DNA of 64,000 nucleotides. It comes from Ignavibacteriota bacterium. Lineage in GTDB: Bacteria; Bacteroidota; Ignavibacteria; UBA10030. Location: assembly GCA_963701295.1 (NCBI GenBank), contig OY969585.1:2048001-2112000 (forward strand). Reading direction: 5' to 3'. Each line of letters starts with the position of its first letter. Positions within the stretch are counted from its first letter, which is position 1. Position numbers and translations under genes: made by a program. Shown here piece after piece: positions 48,908-59,032 of this stretch. The notes beneath the pieces are model-generated. The model was not told the DNA's origin. It was given only the letters and a program-made list of their open reading frames with translations, and did no database searches.

Positions 48908-50829
48908 GCGATATTGATTATAAGTTTCTCAATTCTATTAATCTTCCCGAAGATCTGCGAACTCTAAGCGTACAAGAACTCCGTACCGTTTGTGCTGAAG
49001 TGCGAGAGTACCTTGTCGATTGTGTATCGAAAACTGGAGGTCACTTTGGAGCCGGATTGGGTGCCGTTGAGATCGCTGTGGCTCTTCATTATGTTTTTAA
49101 TACACCGGAAGACAAATTAATTTGGGATGTCGGACATCAAGCATATCCGCATAAAATTCTTACCGGTCGGAAGGATCGAATGCATACTATTCGCCAGCTT
49201 GGTGGATTGAGTGGATTTCTCAAGCGCACTGAGAGCGAATATGATACGTTTGGGGCGGGACATGCCAGTACGTCGATTTCAGCTGCATTGGGAATTGCAG
49301 CGGCACGAGATTTTGATAAAAAAAATTATAAAGTAGTTGCCATCGTTGGTGACGGTTCAATGACAGGTGGTATGATATACGAAGCGATGAACAACGCAGG
49401 AATGCTGAAAAAAAACCTGATTGTGATTCTCAACGATAACCAAATGGGATCATTGTCGTCACTTGAGCCGAGAGTTTGGTCTTTCCATAATTATTTTACA
49501 GAAATACTCACACATCCTACATACAACAAGTTCAAAGCAAATGTATGGGATTTAGCGGGCAAATTGGATACGTTTGGCGATCGACTGCGCACAGTTGCTC
49601 AGCGGATGGAGAAAGGAATTAAAGCAGTTGTCACGCCAGGCATGCTCTTTGAAGGATTGGGTTTTCGATATTTTGGACCGATCAATGGTCATAATGTCGT
49701 AAAGCTTGTCGAGACATTCAAGCACGTCAAAGACCTTAGTGGACCTATTCTCATTCACGCTATTACTACAAAGGGCAAAGGATATGCGCCAGCAGAACGT
49801 GAAGTTACACGCTTGCATGGAGTAACGCCGTTTGATAAAATTACCGGTATTTCACCAAAGAAAAGCGGCGAATCGATCGCTTATACGGATATCTTTGGAA
49901 AAGCATTAGTTGAAATCTGCAAACAAAATTCGAAAGTGGTTGGAATTACTGCGGCGATGCCGGATGGAACCGGACTGATTCAACTCCATGAAGAAATGCC
50001 TGAGCGATTCTTTGATGTCGGCATCGCCGAACCACACGCTGTTACATTTGCAGCTGGAATGGCAACAGAGGGATATATTCCGGTAGTGGCAATCTATTCA
50101 ACCTTTCTTCAGCGTGCATTTGACCAGGTAGTACACGACTGCGCCATTCAAAAACTTCATGTCGTATTCGCCATGGATCGTGGTGGATTGGTTGGTGCAG
50201 ATGGTGCAACTCATCATGGTGCACTTGATCTTTCTTATCTCCGATGTATTCAGGGGATGGTTGTCATGGCCCCGAAGAATGAGCAGGAGCTTCGCGATAT
50301 GCTTTTTACAGCCATCGAGTATAAACAAGGGCCGATCGCACTTCGATACCCTCGCGGCAATGCACTTGGTGTTTCGATGCGAGATGGATTTCAGAAGATC
50401 GAGATTGGCAAAGCAGAAACGCTACGTACAGGGAAAGATATTGCTTTGTTAGCAATCGGTAATATGGTGCCGAATGCATTATCGGCGGCAGAATTATTGC
50501 ACGGAGAAGGCATCGATGCAGAAGTAGTGAATATGAGGTTTGTCAAACCATTAGATGAAAAATTGCTGCAGTCACTCGCTCAACGCATCAATATTTTCGT
50601 GACGATTGAAGATAATGTTATTCACGGCGGGTTTGGATCTGGGGTATTGGAAGCACTCAGTCATCTTAGTGTTTCCCATGTTGCCGTTAAAATGCATGGG
50701 CTGCCGGATGAGTTTATTGAGCATGGTTCTCCTAAAGAATTATATCGAATGGTAAAACTTGATGCTGCTGGAATTGCTGAAATCGTAAAAAAGCATTTGA
50801 ACACTGTACGCAATAATCCTATGTTATAA
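48904..50829 (+). CDS. dxs: 1-deoxy-D-xylulose-5-phosphate synthase
   Basis: WDVGHQAYPHK, GDGSMTGG, DVGIAE, DRGGLVGADG, RYPRG. Confidence 0.98.
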   Translation: MSDIDYKFLNSINLPEDLRTLSVQELRTVCAEVREYLVDCVSKTGGHFGAGLGAVEIAVALHYVFNTPEDKLIWDVGHQAYPHKILTGRKDRMHTIRQLGGLSGFLKRTESEYDTFGAGHASTSISAALGIAAARDFDKKNYKVVAIVGDGSMTGGMIYEAMNNAGMLKKNLIVILNDNQMGSLSSLEPRVWSFHNYFTEILTHPTYNKFKANVWDLAGKLDTFGDRLRTVAQRMEKGIKAVVTPGMLFEGLGFRYFGPINGHNVVKLVETFKHVKDLSGPILIHAITTKGKGYAPAEREVTRLHGVTPFDKITGISPKKSGESIAYTDIFGKALVEICKQNSKVVGITAAMPDGTGLIQLHEEMPERFFDVGIAEPHAVTFAAGMATEGYIPVVAIYSTFLQRAFDQVVHDCAIQKLHVVFAMDRGGLVGADGATHHGALDLSYLRCIQGMVVMAPKNEQELRDMLFTAIEYKQGPIALRYPRGNALGVSMRDGFQKIEIGKAETLRTGKDIALLAIGNMVPNALSAAELLHGEGIDAEVVNMRFVKPLDEKLLQSLAQRINIFVTIEDNVIHGGFGSGVLEALSHLSVSHVAVKMHGLPDEFIEHGSPKELYRMVKLDAAGIAEIVKKHLNTVRNNPML

Positions 50830-50857
50830 TTTATTCAGTCTTTATTTTGGCGCTTGT

Positions 50858-51865
50858 ATGGAAAAAGCTCGAATTGGTATTGTTGGTCTCGGGTCGGTTG
50901 CCCAGACTATCCATCTTCCTATCCTGAGCAAGTTTTCGGATATTGAGATTGTCGCAGTATGCGATCTTGACCGCGCGAAAGCTCAGTATGTAGCGGATAA
51001 ATTCAAAGTACGCCGTTATTACAATAATTATGAGAAGATGCTTGTGATCGAACAAGATCTTGACGGTGTTGTGATTTGCACGCCGACCGTGCTGCACAAA
51101 GATATGGCGATTGCAGCATTAGAAGAAAAGAACAATATCCTAGTGGAGAAACCTTTAGCCCGGACATCCAAAGAAGCCGAAGAAATAGCCGCAGCTGCAA
51201 AAAAGTTTCATCAAACATTGATGGTAGGGATGAATAATCGTTTTCGTCCAGACGCAATGATTCTTAAAAGTTTTATTGAGGATAAGGCACTCGGCAAACT
51301 CTTCTATGCAAAAGCTGGATGGTTCAAGAAATTGAATACGGAGAGTGCATGGTTGACGAAGAAGACTCAGTCCGGTGGCGGTGTTGTGCTTGATCTTGGC
51401 ATTGTTATGCTCGATCTTGCTTTCTGGATGATGGGATATCCAGAAGTAAAAGAAGTGACAGCGACAAATTATTCTCATCACACAAAGGATGTGGAGGATT
51501 CTTCCATTGTTTTCCTTAAAATGAAAAACGATTCCACACTCACAATCGAAGCAAGCTGGTCGTTCGAATCAACATCCGACTTTTTTTACTGTGATTGTTT
51601 CGGTACTGAAGGAAGCGGATCGCTGAATCCATTTCGCATTATCAAGCGAATGCATGGGAGTTTAGTAAATGTTGCACCGGCATCGACCGAAACTCCGCAA
51701 AGTCTCTACCGGAAGTCATATGAGAATGAACTGAAGCATTGGATCGGATCTTTACGAGGACTGCACACGATGATCTCTTCAGGTGATGAAGCCGTACACA
51801 GGATGAAGATTATCGATAGTATTTATAAGTCTGCCAAACGCGGAAAAGCAATAGAGTTACAATAG
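50858..51865 (+). CDS. Gfo/Idh/MocA oxidoreductase
   Basis: GIVGLG, EKP, GGGVVLDLG. Confidence 0.9.
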   Translation: MEKARIGIVGLGSVAQTIHLPILSKFSDIEIVAVCDLDRAKAQYVADKFKVRRYYNNYEKMLVIEQDLDGVVICTPTVLHKDMAIAALEEKNNILVEKPLARTSKEAEEIAAAAKKFHQTLMVGMNNRFRPDAMILKSFIEDKALGKLFYAKAGWFKKLNTESAWLTKKTQSGGGVVLDLGIVMLDLAFWMMGYPEVKEVTATNYSHHTKDVEDSSIVFLKMKNDSTLTIEASWSFESTSDFFYCDCFGTEGSGSLNPFRIIKRMHGSLVNVAPASTETPQSLYRKSYENELKHWIGSLRGLHTMISSGDEAVHRMKIIDSIYKSAKRGKAIELQ

Positions 51866-51910
51866 CCTTTGATGGCTCATTCAATATTTCTATCGGAATA
51901 AAAAATTGCA

Positions 51911-52714
51911 ATGGGAAAGAAAGTCATTCCTTGTATCGCTCTTCTCACCGATTTCGGATTACAGGATCAGTATGTATCGTCGATGAAAGGGGCTATTTTA
52001 TCCATCAATCCGTCGGTTACTATAATAGATATCACACACGGAATTCAACCGTACCAAACTCGTCAAGCTGCGTATGTACTTTGGTCAGCATACAATTATT
52101 TTCCAAAGGATACAATATTTGTCAATATCGTTGATCCTGGTGTCGGAAGTAAACGACACATTATCATGATGAAGACAAAAAAATATATTTTTATTGCTCC
52201 TGATAACGGATTGTTAGATTTCGTTTTGCATCAAGAAAAGGCTTTAACAGCGATTGAGGTTACACAATCGTCTCTCAAAGAATATATTTGTGATGATATA
52301 TCTTCGACATTCCATGGACGCGATCTTATCGCGCCGATCGCTGCATATATCTCTAACGATGTACCATTGCAACGATTCGGCAAATCGGTTCCACTGCCTG
52401 AAATACTTTCGCCTTTTGTAACTTCCCGTATGGATGTGGTGCCAGTGTGTATTTTGCATATAGATCACTATGGGAACATCATTACCAACCTTCGTTCTCT
52501 TGAAGTAGAAAGAAGCATGAAGGAGATACAAACCATATCGATAGGTAGTAATATGGTTGCACAATGGATTAGGTTTTATGATGAGGCGCCGGAAAACACC
52601 CCTTGTCTTATCGTGGGCAGCAGAGGTCTGGTAGAGGTATCAGCAAAAAGAAATAGTGCTGCCAGTCTTTTAAGCGCAACACTCGATTCGAAAGTGAAAG
52701 TGTATTGGCGATGA
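51911..52714 (+). CDS. SAM hydroxide adenosyltransferase/chlorinase family (DUF62)
   Basis: LLTDFG, VDPGVGS, APDNG, STFHGRD, DHYGNIITN. Confidence 0.92.
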   Translation: MGKKVIPCIALLTDFGLQDQYVSSMKGAILSINPSVTIIDITHGIQPYQTRQAAYVLWSAYNYFPKDTIFVNIVDPGVGSKRHIIMMKTKKYIFIAPDNGLLDFVLHQEKALTAIEVTQSSLKEYICDDISSTFHGRDLIAPIAAYISNDVPLQRFGKSVPLPEILSPFVTSRMDVVPVCILHIDHYGNIITNLRSLEVERSMKEIQTISIGSNMVAQWIRFYDEAPENTPCLIVGSRGLVEVSAKRNSAASLLSATLDSKVKVYWR

Positions 52715-53817
52715 ATGAACAGGCATTGATGCAACGATGTATTGACATCGCACGGAATGGCCTTAGTAAGGTAAGTCCTAATCCTATGGTGGGATGTGTC
52801 ATCGTGCGAAACGGAAAAATCGTTGGAGAAGGATTTCATCGGCAATTCGGCGGAGCGCATGCTGAGATTTTTGCGCTCTTTCATGCAGGCAAGAAGGCAC
52901 ACGGTGCAACATTGTTTGTCAACCTCGAACCATGCGCGCACTTTGGAAAAACTCCACCCTGCGCAGATGCAATTGTGCAATCAGGTATTTCGATGGTTGT
53001 GATTGCGTCGAAAGATCCGAATCCTTTGGTCGGTGGTAAAGGAATACGACGACTGCATGAGGCAGGGATTGCTGTCAAGGTTGGAGTACTACGAAAAGAA
53101 GCGGAATTCTTAAATGAAAAGTTCTTCAAGTTTATGAATACAGGTCTGCCGTTTGTGGGTATCAAACTGGCACAGACGCTTGACGGGCGAATTGCCGACA
53201 CAGCAGGAACATCAAAATGGATCACATCTGAGGCGGCAAGAAAAGAAGTGCACAGACTGCGAAGTGAGTATGACGCTGTGATGATAGGAGCGAACACAGT
53301 ATTAAAAGACGATCCTGCATTAACTGTGCGGTTCGTCAAAAGAAGGAACCCCATTCGTGTTGTCGTCGATGGACGTATGTCGCTTCCGACGTCTCGGAAA
53401 ATATTCAATACACATGACACTCCAACTTGGGTATTGACTTCCACTACCGCTATGAAAATAAATGAGAGGAAAGTACAAAAACTTGTTGGGCAAGGAGTAC
53501 GCATTCTTACAGTTTCAGTGTCCCATTCATTGAATGTAGAATCTATCTTGAATACTCTTGCCGCTGAAGGCGTTTCTTCTGTGCTCCTGGAAGGCGGCGA
53601 ATCGCTGATTGCGCCTTTCGTAAAACATTCTTTTGCAGATTCACTTCATCTTTTTATAGCGCCAAAAATATTAGGCGGCGGATTAGATGGAATTCGATTC
53701 GACAAGCCGCTCTTCCTGCATCAACATGTGAAATTAAAGATGATTAACGTGATGAACATTGGGGGGGATGATGTACTTCTTGAAGCACGCTTCATTCAAA
53801 AACGGAAGATAAAATAA
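52711..53817 (+). CDS. ribD: Bifunctional riboflavin deaminase/reductase RibD
   Basis: PNPMVG, HAE, LEPC..TPPC, TLDGRIA, LLEGG. Confidence 0.97.
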   Translation: MNEQALMQRCIDIARNGLSKVSPNPMVGCVIVRNGKIVGEGFHRQFGGAHAEIFALFHAGKKAHGATLFVNLEPCAHFGKTPPCADAIVQSGISMVVIASKDPNPLVGGKGIRRLHEAGIAVKVGVLRKEAEFLNEKFFKFMNTGLPFVGIKLAQTLDGRIADTAGTSKWITSEAARKEVHRLRSEYDAVMIGANTVLKDDPALTVRFVKRRNPIRVVVDGRMSLPTSRKIFNTHDTPTWVLTSTTAMKINERKVQKLVGQGVRILTVSVSHSLNVESILNTLAAEGVSSVLLEGGESLIAPFVKHSFADSLHLFIAPKILGGGLDGIRFDKPLFLHQHVKLKMINVMNIGGDDVLLEARFIQKRKIK

Positions 53818-53818
53818 T

Positions 53819-54430
53819 ATGTTTACCGGATTAATTGAGGAAACTGGAATCGTTAAATCCATCAAGCAGAAAGACGGAAGTGTTATCTTTACTGTTCAAG
53901 GGAAGAAAACCGTTAAGAGTTTACGCATAGATCATAGTATCGCAGTCGAGGGCGTTTGTTTGACTGTCATTAAAAGAACAGAGAAGACATTCGATGTGCA
54001 AGCGGTGGAAGAGACACTGAAGAAAACAACACTTGGAAATTTGAAGGCAGGAAGTCTCGTTAATCTGGAGCGTCCACTGCTGCCTTCAGATCGGCTTGGC
54101 GGGCATTTTGTTCTTGGTCATGTGGATGGATTGGGAAGAGTAACGTCGCTTAAAACGCTTGAGAGTAGTTGGATTTTCCGGATTCAAGTCCCTAAGAAAT
54201 TCTTGCATCATCTCGTTCCTGTTGGATCGATCGCTGTTAACGGCGTGAGTTTAACAATGGCAGAAGTGAAAGCAAATTCCTTTGCTGTCTCCATCATCCC
54301 TCATACAATGGAAGCGACAACATTCCGCCTGCTCAAACCCGGCAATACGGTTAATCTCGAGTTTGATGTTCTCGGTAAGTATGTGGAGCGTCTTTTTGAG
54401 GAAAAGGGCATGCCGACTACGAGGAAATGA
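53819..54430 (+). CDS. ribE: Riboflavin synthase alpha chain
   Basis: MFTGLIEE, GVCLT, VNLER, GGHFVLGHVD, IIPHT. Confidence 0.97.
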   Translation: MFTGLIEETGIVKSIKQKDGSVIFTVQGKKTVKSLRIDHSIAVEGVCLTVIKRTEKTFDVQAVEETLKKTTLGNLKAGSLVNLERPLLPSDRLGGHFVLGHVDGLGRVTSLKTLESSWIFRIQVPKKFLHHLVPVGSIAVNGVSLTMAEVKANSFAVSIIPHTMEATTFRLLKPGNTVNLEFDVLGKYVERLFEEKGMPTTRK

Positions 54431-54489
54431 AATTGTGCGCATTTTCCTCCTTGCATTTTGAGCCTTTTTTTCCCTATAATAAAACCTGC

Positions 54490-54518
54490 AAACCCCCACA
54501 GTTGGTGGGGATTTTTTT
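54490..54518 (+). terminator. Terminator-like hairpin between ribE and secG
   Basis: CCCCAC-AGTTG-GTGGGG followed by a T7 run. Confidence 0.6.
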
Positions 54519-54538
54519 CGCTTAAGGAACAATACTCG

Positions 54539-54871
54539 ATGTACACAATTGCGATTATTATCGAAGTCATCATTGGAATTTTACTCATGCTCGCCGTGCT
54601 CATGCAATCGAGCAAGGGTGGTGGATTGGCTGGAGGTTTCGGCGGTGCCAATATTGGAACGGTCTTTGGAGTTCGGCGGACCTCGGATTTCCTTACGAAG
54701 TTGACACAGTGGCTGGCAGGTATCTTTATGGTCTTTGCCCTGGTTATCAACTTATGGTTGTTGCCGCGCGGTGAACAGAAACAGGAGAGCGTTATTCAAT
54801 CCGGCCCTCCTCCGGCTGCGCTGCCGCCAACACAACAGACTCCATCATCTCCAATTCCGGGTAGCAAATAA
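54539..54871 (+). CDS. secG: Preprotein translocase subunit SecG
   Basis: VLMQSSKGGGLAGGFGG, DFLTKLT; two TMs. Confidence 0.95.
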   Translation: MYTIAIIIEVIIGILLMLAVLMQSSKGGGLAGGFGGANIGTVFGVRRTSDFLTKLTQWLAGIFMVFALVINLWLLPRGEQKQESVIQSGPPPAALPPTQQTPSSPIPGSK

Positions 54872-54878
54872 CACATTT

Positions 54879-54951
54879 GCACCCATGGCTCAATTGGTAG
54901 AGCAACTGACTCTTAATCAGTGGGTTCCAGGTTCGAGTCCTGGTGGGTGCA
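54879..54951 (+). tRNA. tRNA-Lys(CTT)
   Basis: GCACCCA/TGGGTGC acceptor stem, ACTGA-CT-CTT-AA-TCAGT anticodon arm, GGTTCGAGTCC. Confidence 0.96.
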
Positions 54952-55118
54952 CGAAGCATCAGACAGTCTTGGAGCTCATAGTCTAATTGTAGTGGTTCCG
55001 GATTCTTCGCGAGAAGCGTATGCGATTGTGGAATGGATATGGGTTTGACGGTCTGGAGGGGAAATTTTTAAGAAGTATACAAAATTTTTTGAAAAAAGAT
55101 TTAGCGTAGGAGAAAAGA

Positions 55119-55559
55119 GTGAACACGTCACCGAAAACGCGGTTTTTTAAACCGGAAGAAGTAAATAAGAAATGGTTTCTTGTCGATGCAGAAGGACAGA
55201 CATTGGGCCGCATTGCATCGCATGTTGCACATTTGCTGCGCGGTAAACATAAACCGGAATTTACCCCCAACCACGACTTGGGAGATTTCGTCGTGATCGT
55301 GAATATAGAAAAAGTAAAACTGACCGGAAAACGTCCCGAGTTGAAAGAACTGTATCATAACACAGGTTATCCGGGCGGAGCACGCTTTGAATCTTTTTCG
55401 GAACTCATCAAAACGAATCCGGAAAAGGTCATGGAGCATGCCGTTAAAGGAATGCTTCCGCATAACCGTTTAGGACGTCAGATGTTTAAGAAGTTGAAAG
55501 TGTATCGGGGAGCAGAACATCCCCATTCAGCACAGCAACCAGAAACAATTTCTTTTTGA
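55119..55559 (+). CDS. rplM: 50S ribosomal protein L13
   Basis: LGRIAS, GKHKP, GYPGG, GMLPHNRLG, HPHSAQQP. Confidence 0.98.
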   Translation: MNTSPKTRFFKPEEVNKKWFLVDAEGQTLGRIASHVAHLLRGKHKPEFTPNHDLGDFVVIVNIEKVKLTGKRPELKELYHNTGYPGGARFESFSELIKTNPEKVMEHAVKGMLPHNRLGRQMFKKLKVYRGAEHPHSAQQPETISF

Positions 55560-55578
55560 GTAAGGAAAGAACAAGTTC

Positions 55579-55965
55579 ATGCAACCAAGAATATCAGTAG
55601 GCCGCCGGAAAAATGCTATTGCCCGTGTGAAGCTGTTGGATGGATCTGGCAAACTTTTAGTGAACGCGCGAGAATTTGAAAATTATTTTCCGCTGGCAAT
55701 TCAGCGGGATGAGATATTAAAACCGTTCAAAGTAACGGATACGATGGGACGGTACGATGCACAAGTTCGTGTGAACGGCGGCGGACCCGCTGGCCAGGCT
55801 GGAGCCGTAAGGCTTGGCATCGCACGTTCATTGGTTGCACTGGATGAAGATTTTCGTATAGCACTTCGCGGGGCGGGACTTTTGACGCGTGATCCTCGTA
55901 TGGTCGAAAGAAAAAAATACGGGCAGAAGAAAGCGCGCAAACGATTCCAGTTCTCCAAACGTTAA
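55579..55965 (+). CDS. rpsI: 30S ribosomal protein S9
   Basis: [27 protein letters not shown]. Confidence 0.98.
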   Translation: MQPRISVGRRKNAIARVKLLDGSGKLLVNAREFENYFPLAIQRDEILKPFKVTDTMGRYDAQVRVNGGGPAGQAGAVRLGIARSLVALDEDFRIALRGAGLLTRDPRMVERKKYGQKKARKRFQFSKR

Positions 55966-56020
55966 TTTTTTATGTGCCCTGCGACAGCTGTTTTACGGTC
56001 GCTTAGATTCATCAACAATC

Positions 56021-56095
56021 ATATTCTCTGATTCAACCGGCAGTGTTCCGATGAACATGGTTCATCGGGATTCCGGAAGAAAACGACGAGAATAG
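56021..56095 (+). promoter_or_regulatory. Structured rpsB leader (candidate S2 autoregulatory element)
   Basis: Nested pairings ATTCTC/GAGAAT, CCGG/CCGG, CCGATGAAC/GTTCATCGG. Confidence 0.5.
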
Positions 56096-56121
56096 TAGCT
56101 TAACTGAAAGGAAATATTTTT

Positions 56122-56874
56122 ATGCCTCGTGTTGAACTCGATGCACTGCTTCAATCAGGTGCCCATTTCGGACACCTCACACGCCGTTGGAATCCCAAAA
56201 TGAAGCCCTATATTTTTATGGAGCGTAATGGGATTCATATCATTGATTTGAAAAAAACACAAGAGATGCTTGAAGCGGCTTGTAACGCTGTTTCGAACTC
56301 CGTCGCTGAAGGCAAGAAGCCGCTCTTTGTTGGAACGAAGCTGCAGGCAAGCGATGTGATGAAACAGGAAGCACAACGTTGCCGCGCACATTATGTGACG
56401 GAACGCTGGCTTGGCGGCATGCTGACAAACTTCAGCACTATTCGCAAAAGCGTGAAGCGTCTCACAAATATTGAAAAAATGGAAACTGACGGAACCTTTG
56501 AAAACATCACGAAGAAAGAACGACTGTTCTTAACTCGCGAACGTGATAAACTTCAAGCAGTGCTGTCAGGTGTCGTTGAGATGTCGCGATTACCCGGTAT
56601 TGTATATGTTGTAGATATTAAAAAAGAAGCCATCGCTGTAAAAGAAGCGAAACGTCTTGGAGTTCCGATAGTTGCCATTGTCGATACGAACACGGATCCC
56701 GATCCTATCGACTATCCCATCCCAGCAAACGATGACGCGCTCAAATCAGTTCAATTGATCACGAAAGCTATTGCCGATGCAGTTCTGGACGGCCATGAGC
56801 GTGCATCTGCAAAACAACAAGCAGCAGCCGAAGAGCAGGCAACGGCGGAAGCAGCAGCTGCAGAGAAAAAGTAA
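56122..56874 (+). CDS. rpsB: 30S ribosomal protein S2
   Basis: GAHFGH..RWNPKM, RWLGGMLTN, DTNTDP, PANDD. Confidence 0.98.
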   Translation: MPRVELDALLQSGAHFGHLTRRWNPKMKPYIFMERNGIHIIDLKKTQEMLEAACNAVSNSVAEGKKPLFVGTKLQASDVMKQEAQRCRAHYVTERWLGGMLTNFSTIRKSVKRLTNIEKMETDGTFENITKKERLFLTRERDKLQAVLSGVVEMSRLPGIVYVVDIKKEAIAVKEAKRLGVPIVAIVDTNTDPDPIDYPIPANDDALKSVQLITKAIADAVLDGHERASAKQQAAAEEQATAEAAAAEKK

Positions 56875-56897
56875 TTGAAAGAAGGAAGTTTGATACC

Positions 56898-57500
56898 ATG
56901 GCAGAGATTACAAGTGAAGTAGTAAAAAATCTTCGAGATAAAACTGGTGCAGGCATGATGGATTGTAAGCGGGCATTGGCGGAAACAAAAGGTGATATCG
57001 AACAAGCGATCGAAGTTCTTCGGAAGAAAGGCGCAGCGGTTGCCGCAAAACGTGCCGACAAGGAGACAAATCAAGGTGTGGTGGAAGCGTACATCCATGC
57101 AGGCGGGCGTATCGGTGCAATGGTCGAATTGAATTGCGAGACCGATTTCGTGGCAAAGACGCCAGGTTTCAAACAACTCGCGCATGATATCGCTATGCAG
57201 ATTGCTGCGATGACTCCGCACTATGTGTTGAGGGAACAAATTCCACAGTCTGTTATCGAAAAGGAACTTGAGATCTACAAAATACAGGCACAGAATGAAG
57301 GAAAACCGGCACAAATAGCGGAAAAGATTTCTCAAGGACGACTCGACAAATTCTATCAGGAAGTTGTCTTGATGGAACAGAGCTTTATTAAGGATTCCGG
57401 AAAAACGATTAAAGACATTATTGATGAAGAAACAGCGAAGGTTGGCGAGAAGATTTCTGTGCGCCGATTTCTTCGTTACCATCTTGGTGAAGCAAATTAA
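56898..57500 (+). CDS. tsf: Elongation factor Ts (short form)
   Basis: [23 protein letters not shown]. Confidence 0.97.
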   Translation: MAEITSEVVKNLRDKTGAGMMDCKRALAETKGDIEQAIEVLRKKGAAVAAKRADKETNQGVVEAYIHAGGRIGAMVELNCETDFVAKTPGFKQLAHDIAMQIAAMTPHYVLREQIPQSVIEKELEIYKIQAQNEGKPAQIAEKISQGRLDKFYQEVVLMEQSFIKDSGKTIKDIIDEETAKVGEKISVRRFLRYHLGEAN

Positions 57501-57509
57501 AAAAACTAG

Positions 57510-57538
57510 AATCCCGAAACCATTTCGGGATTTTTTTT
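57510..57538 (+). terminator. Rho-independent terminator after tsf
   Basis: AATCCCGAAA-CCA-TTTCGGGATT plus T-run. Confidence 0.85.
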
Positions 57539-57552
57539 GCGAGCGGGGAACC

Positions 57553-58278
57553 GTGAAACACATTAAATATAAACGAATATTATTGAAGCTCAGCGGCGAG
57601 TCGCTCATGGGCGATCGTGATTATGGAATTGACCCCAAGGTCGTCACGCGTTACTCCAAAGAGATTGCTTCTGTCAGCAAGCTCAATGTGCAAATCGGCA
57701 TCGTCATTGGTGGCGGCAACATTTATCGCGGTATGGAAAGTTCCACCGATGGCATCGACAAAGTGACGGGTGATCAGATGGGTATGCTGGCGACTGTTAT
57801 CAACGCATTGGCGTTGCAAAACTCACTGGAACATCAAGGGCTGAAGACCCGGTGCTTGAGTGCTATCAATATGGAACGGATTGCAGAACCATTTATTCGC
57901 CGCAGAGCAATTCGGCATTTGGAAAAAGGGCGTATCGTCATTTTTGCTGCTGGTACAGGTAATCCGTACTTTACCACCGACACCGCAGCTGTACTGCGTG
58001 CAATTGAAATCGAAGCGAATGTCATTATCAAGGGCACGCGCGTGGACGGCGTCTATGATTCTGACCCAGAAAAAAATTCTAAGGCAATCCGTTTTCCTGA
58101 GATTTCTTATGCAGACGTGTTAAAAAAAGACCTTCGTATAATGGATCTAACGGCGATAACGCTTTCCAAAGAGAACAAGCTTCCTCTTGTCGTCTTTAAT
58201 ATGAACATCCCCGGCAATCTGAGGCGTGTTATCCGCGGAGAAGCCGTTGGTTCAAAAGTAGTTGAACTCTCACCATAA
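57553..58278 (+). CDS. pyrH: UMP kinase
   Basis: [35 protein letters not shown]; GTG start. Confidence 0.98.
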   Translation: MKHIKYKRILLKLSGESLMGDRDYGIDPKVVTRYSKEIASVSKLNVQIGIVIGGGNIYRGMESSTDGIDKVTGDQMGMLATVINALALQNSLEHQGLKTRCLSAINMERIAEPFIRRRAIRHLEKGRIVIFAAGTGNPYFTTDTAAVLRAIEIEANVIIKGTRVDGVYDSDPEKNSKAIRFPEISYADVLKKDLRIMDLTAITLSKENKLPLVVFNMNIPGNLRRVIRGEAVGSKVVELSP

Positions 58279-58316
58279 AAGTCGTACCATCATTCATCCT
58301 ATCACTAACTGATGGA

Positions 58317-58886
58317 ATGTCTATGACAAACACAAAAGAAATCCTGAAGCAAGCAGAAGACAGAATGAAAAAAGCCGTGGAAGTTGTGCGGGAAGAACTT
58401 ATTAAAATCCGCACAGGAAAAGCTACGACCGTATTGCTCGACGGAGTGAAAATCGATTATTACGGTACCATGACTTCGCTGAATAAAATTGCCAGCGTCA
58501 GCACGCCTGATGTGCATACGATTGCTGTGCAGCCATGGGAAAAAAGCGTTATTCCTTTGATTGAAAAAGCAATTCTTCAAGCGAACATTGGTTTGAATCC
58601 TGCAAATGATGGAACAGTGATACGCGTTCCTATTCCGCCGCTGAATGAAGAACGTCGTCGTGAATTGGTGAAACTTATAAAAAAGTTCGGTGAAGACGGT
58701 AAGATTGCAATCCGGAATGTGCGCCGAGACGCTATCGAGCATTTGAAGAAAGCAGAAAAAGGCGATCACATGCCGGAAGACGAACGGAAACGCGGTGAAC
58801 AAGAAGCTCAAAAACTGACCGATAAATTTACAAAAGATATCGACAGTCTCCTTGCTTTGAAAGAAAAAGAAATTATGGAAGTCTAA
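58317..58886 (+). CDS. frr: Ribosome recycling factor
   Basis: IRTGKA, DYYG, PPLNEERR, IRNVRRD, KEKEIMEV. Confidence 0.98.
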   Translation: MSMTNTKEILKQAEDRMKKAVEVVREELIKIRTGKATTVLLDGVKIDYYGTMTSLNKIASVSTPDVHTIAVQPWEKSVIPLIEKAILQANIGLNPANDGTVIRVPIPPLNEERRRELVKLIKKFGEDGKIAIRNVRRDAIEHLKKAEKGDHMPEDERKRGEQEAQKLTDKFTKDIDSLLALKEKEIMEV

Positions 58887-58920
58887 TATTCTAAAAATAA
58901 CAGGCATGAATGAGAATTTG

Positions 58921-58960
58921 AAATCCCGGTTCTGCACCAGCGGAATCGGGATTTCTTTTT
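58921..58960 (+). terminator. Rho-independent terminator after frr
   Basis: AAATCCCGGTTC...GAATCGGGATTT plus T-run. Confidence 0.8.
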
Positions 58961-59032
58961 ACCGCTAGGCTTCGTAACTTTTGTATAGAGAATCCGTATG
59001 TAGAAAGGAAAATAGTTCAAAAGGAGACTCTC

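Noticed and set aside
56898-57500. Short 200-aa EF-Ts as a truncation
   Set aside because: Short EF-Ts forms are established in several phyla, and the gene has a clean stop and terminator.
56751-57608. 285-aa antisense ORF over tsf
   Set aside because: Shadow of conserved genes on the opposite strand with no recognisable motifs; the same applies to the antisense ORFs over rho, ribD and frr.
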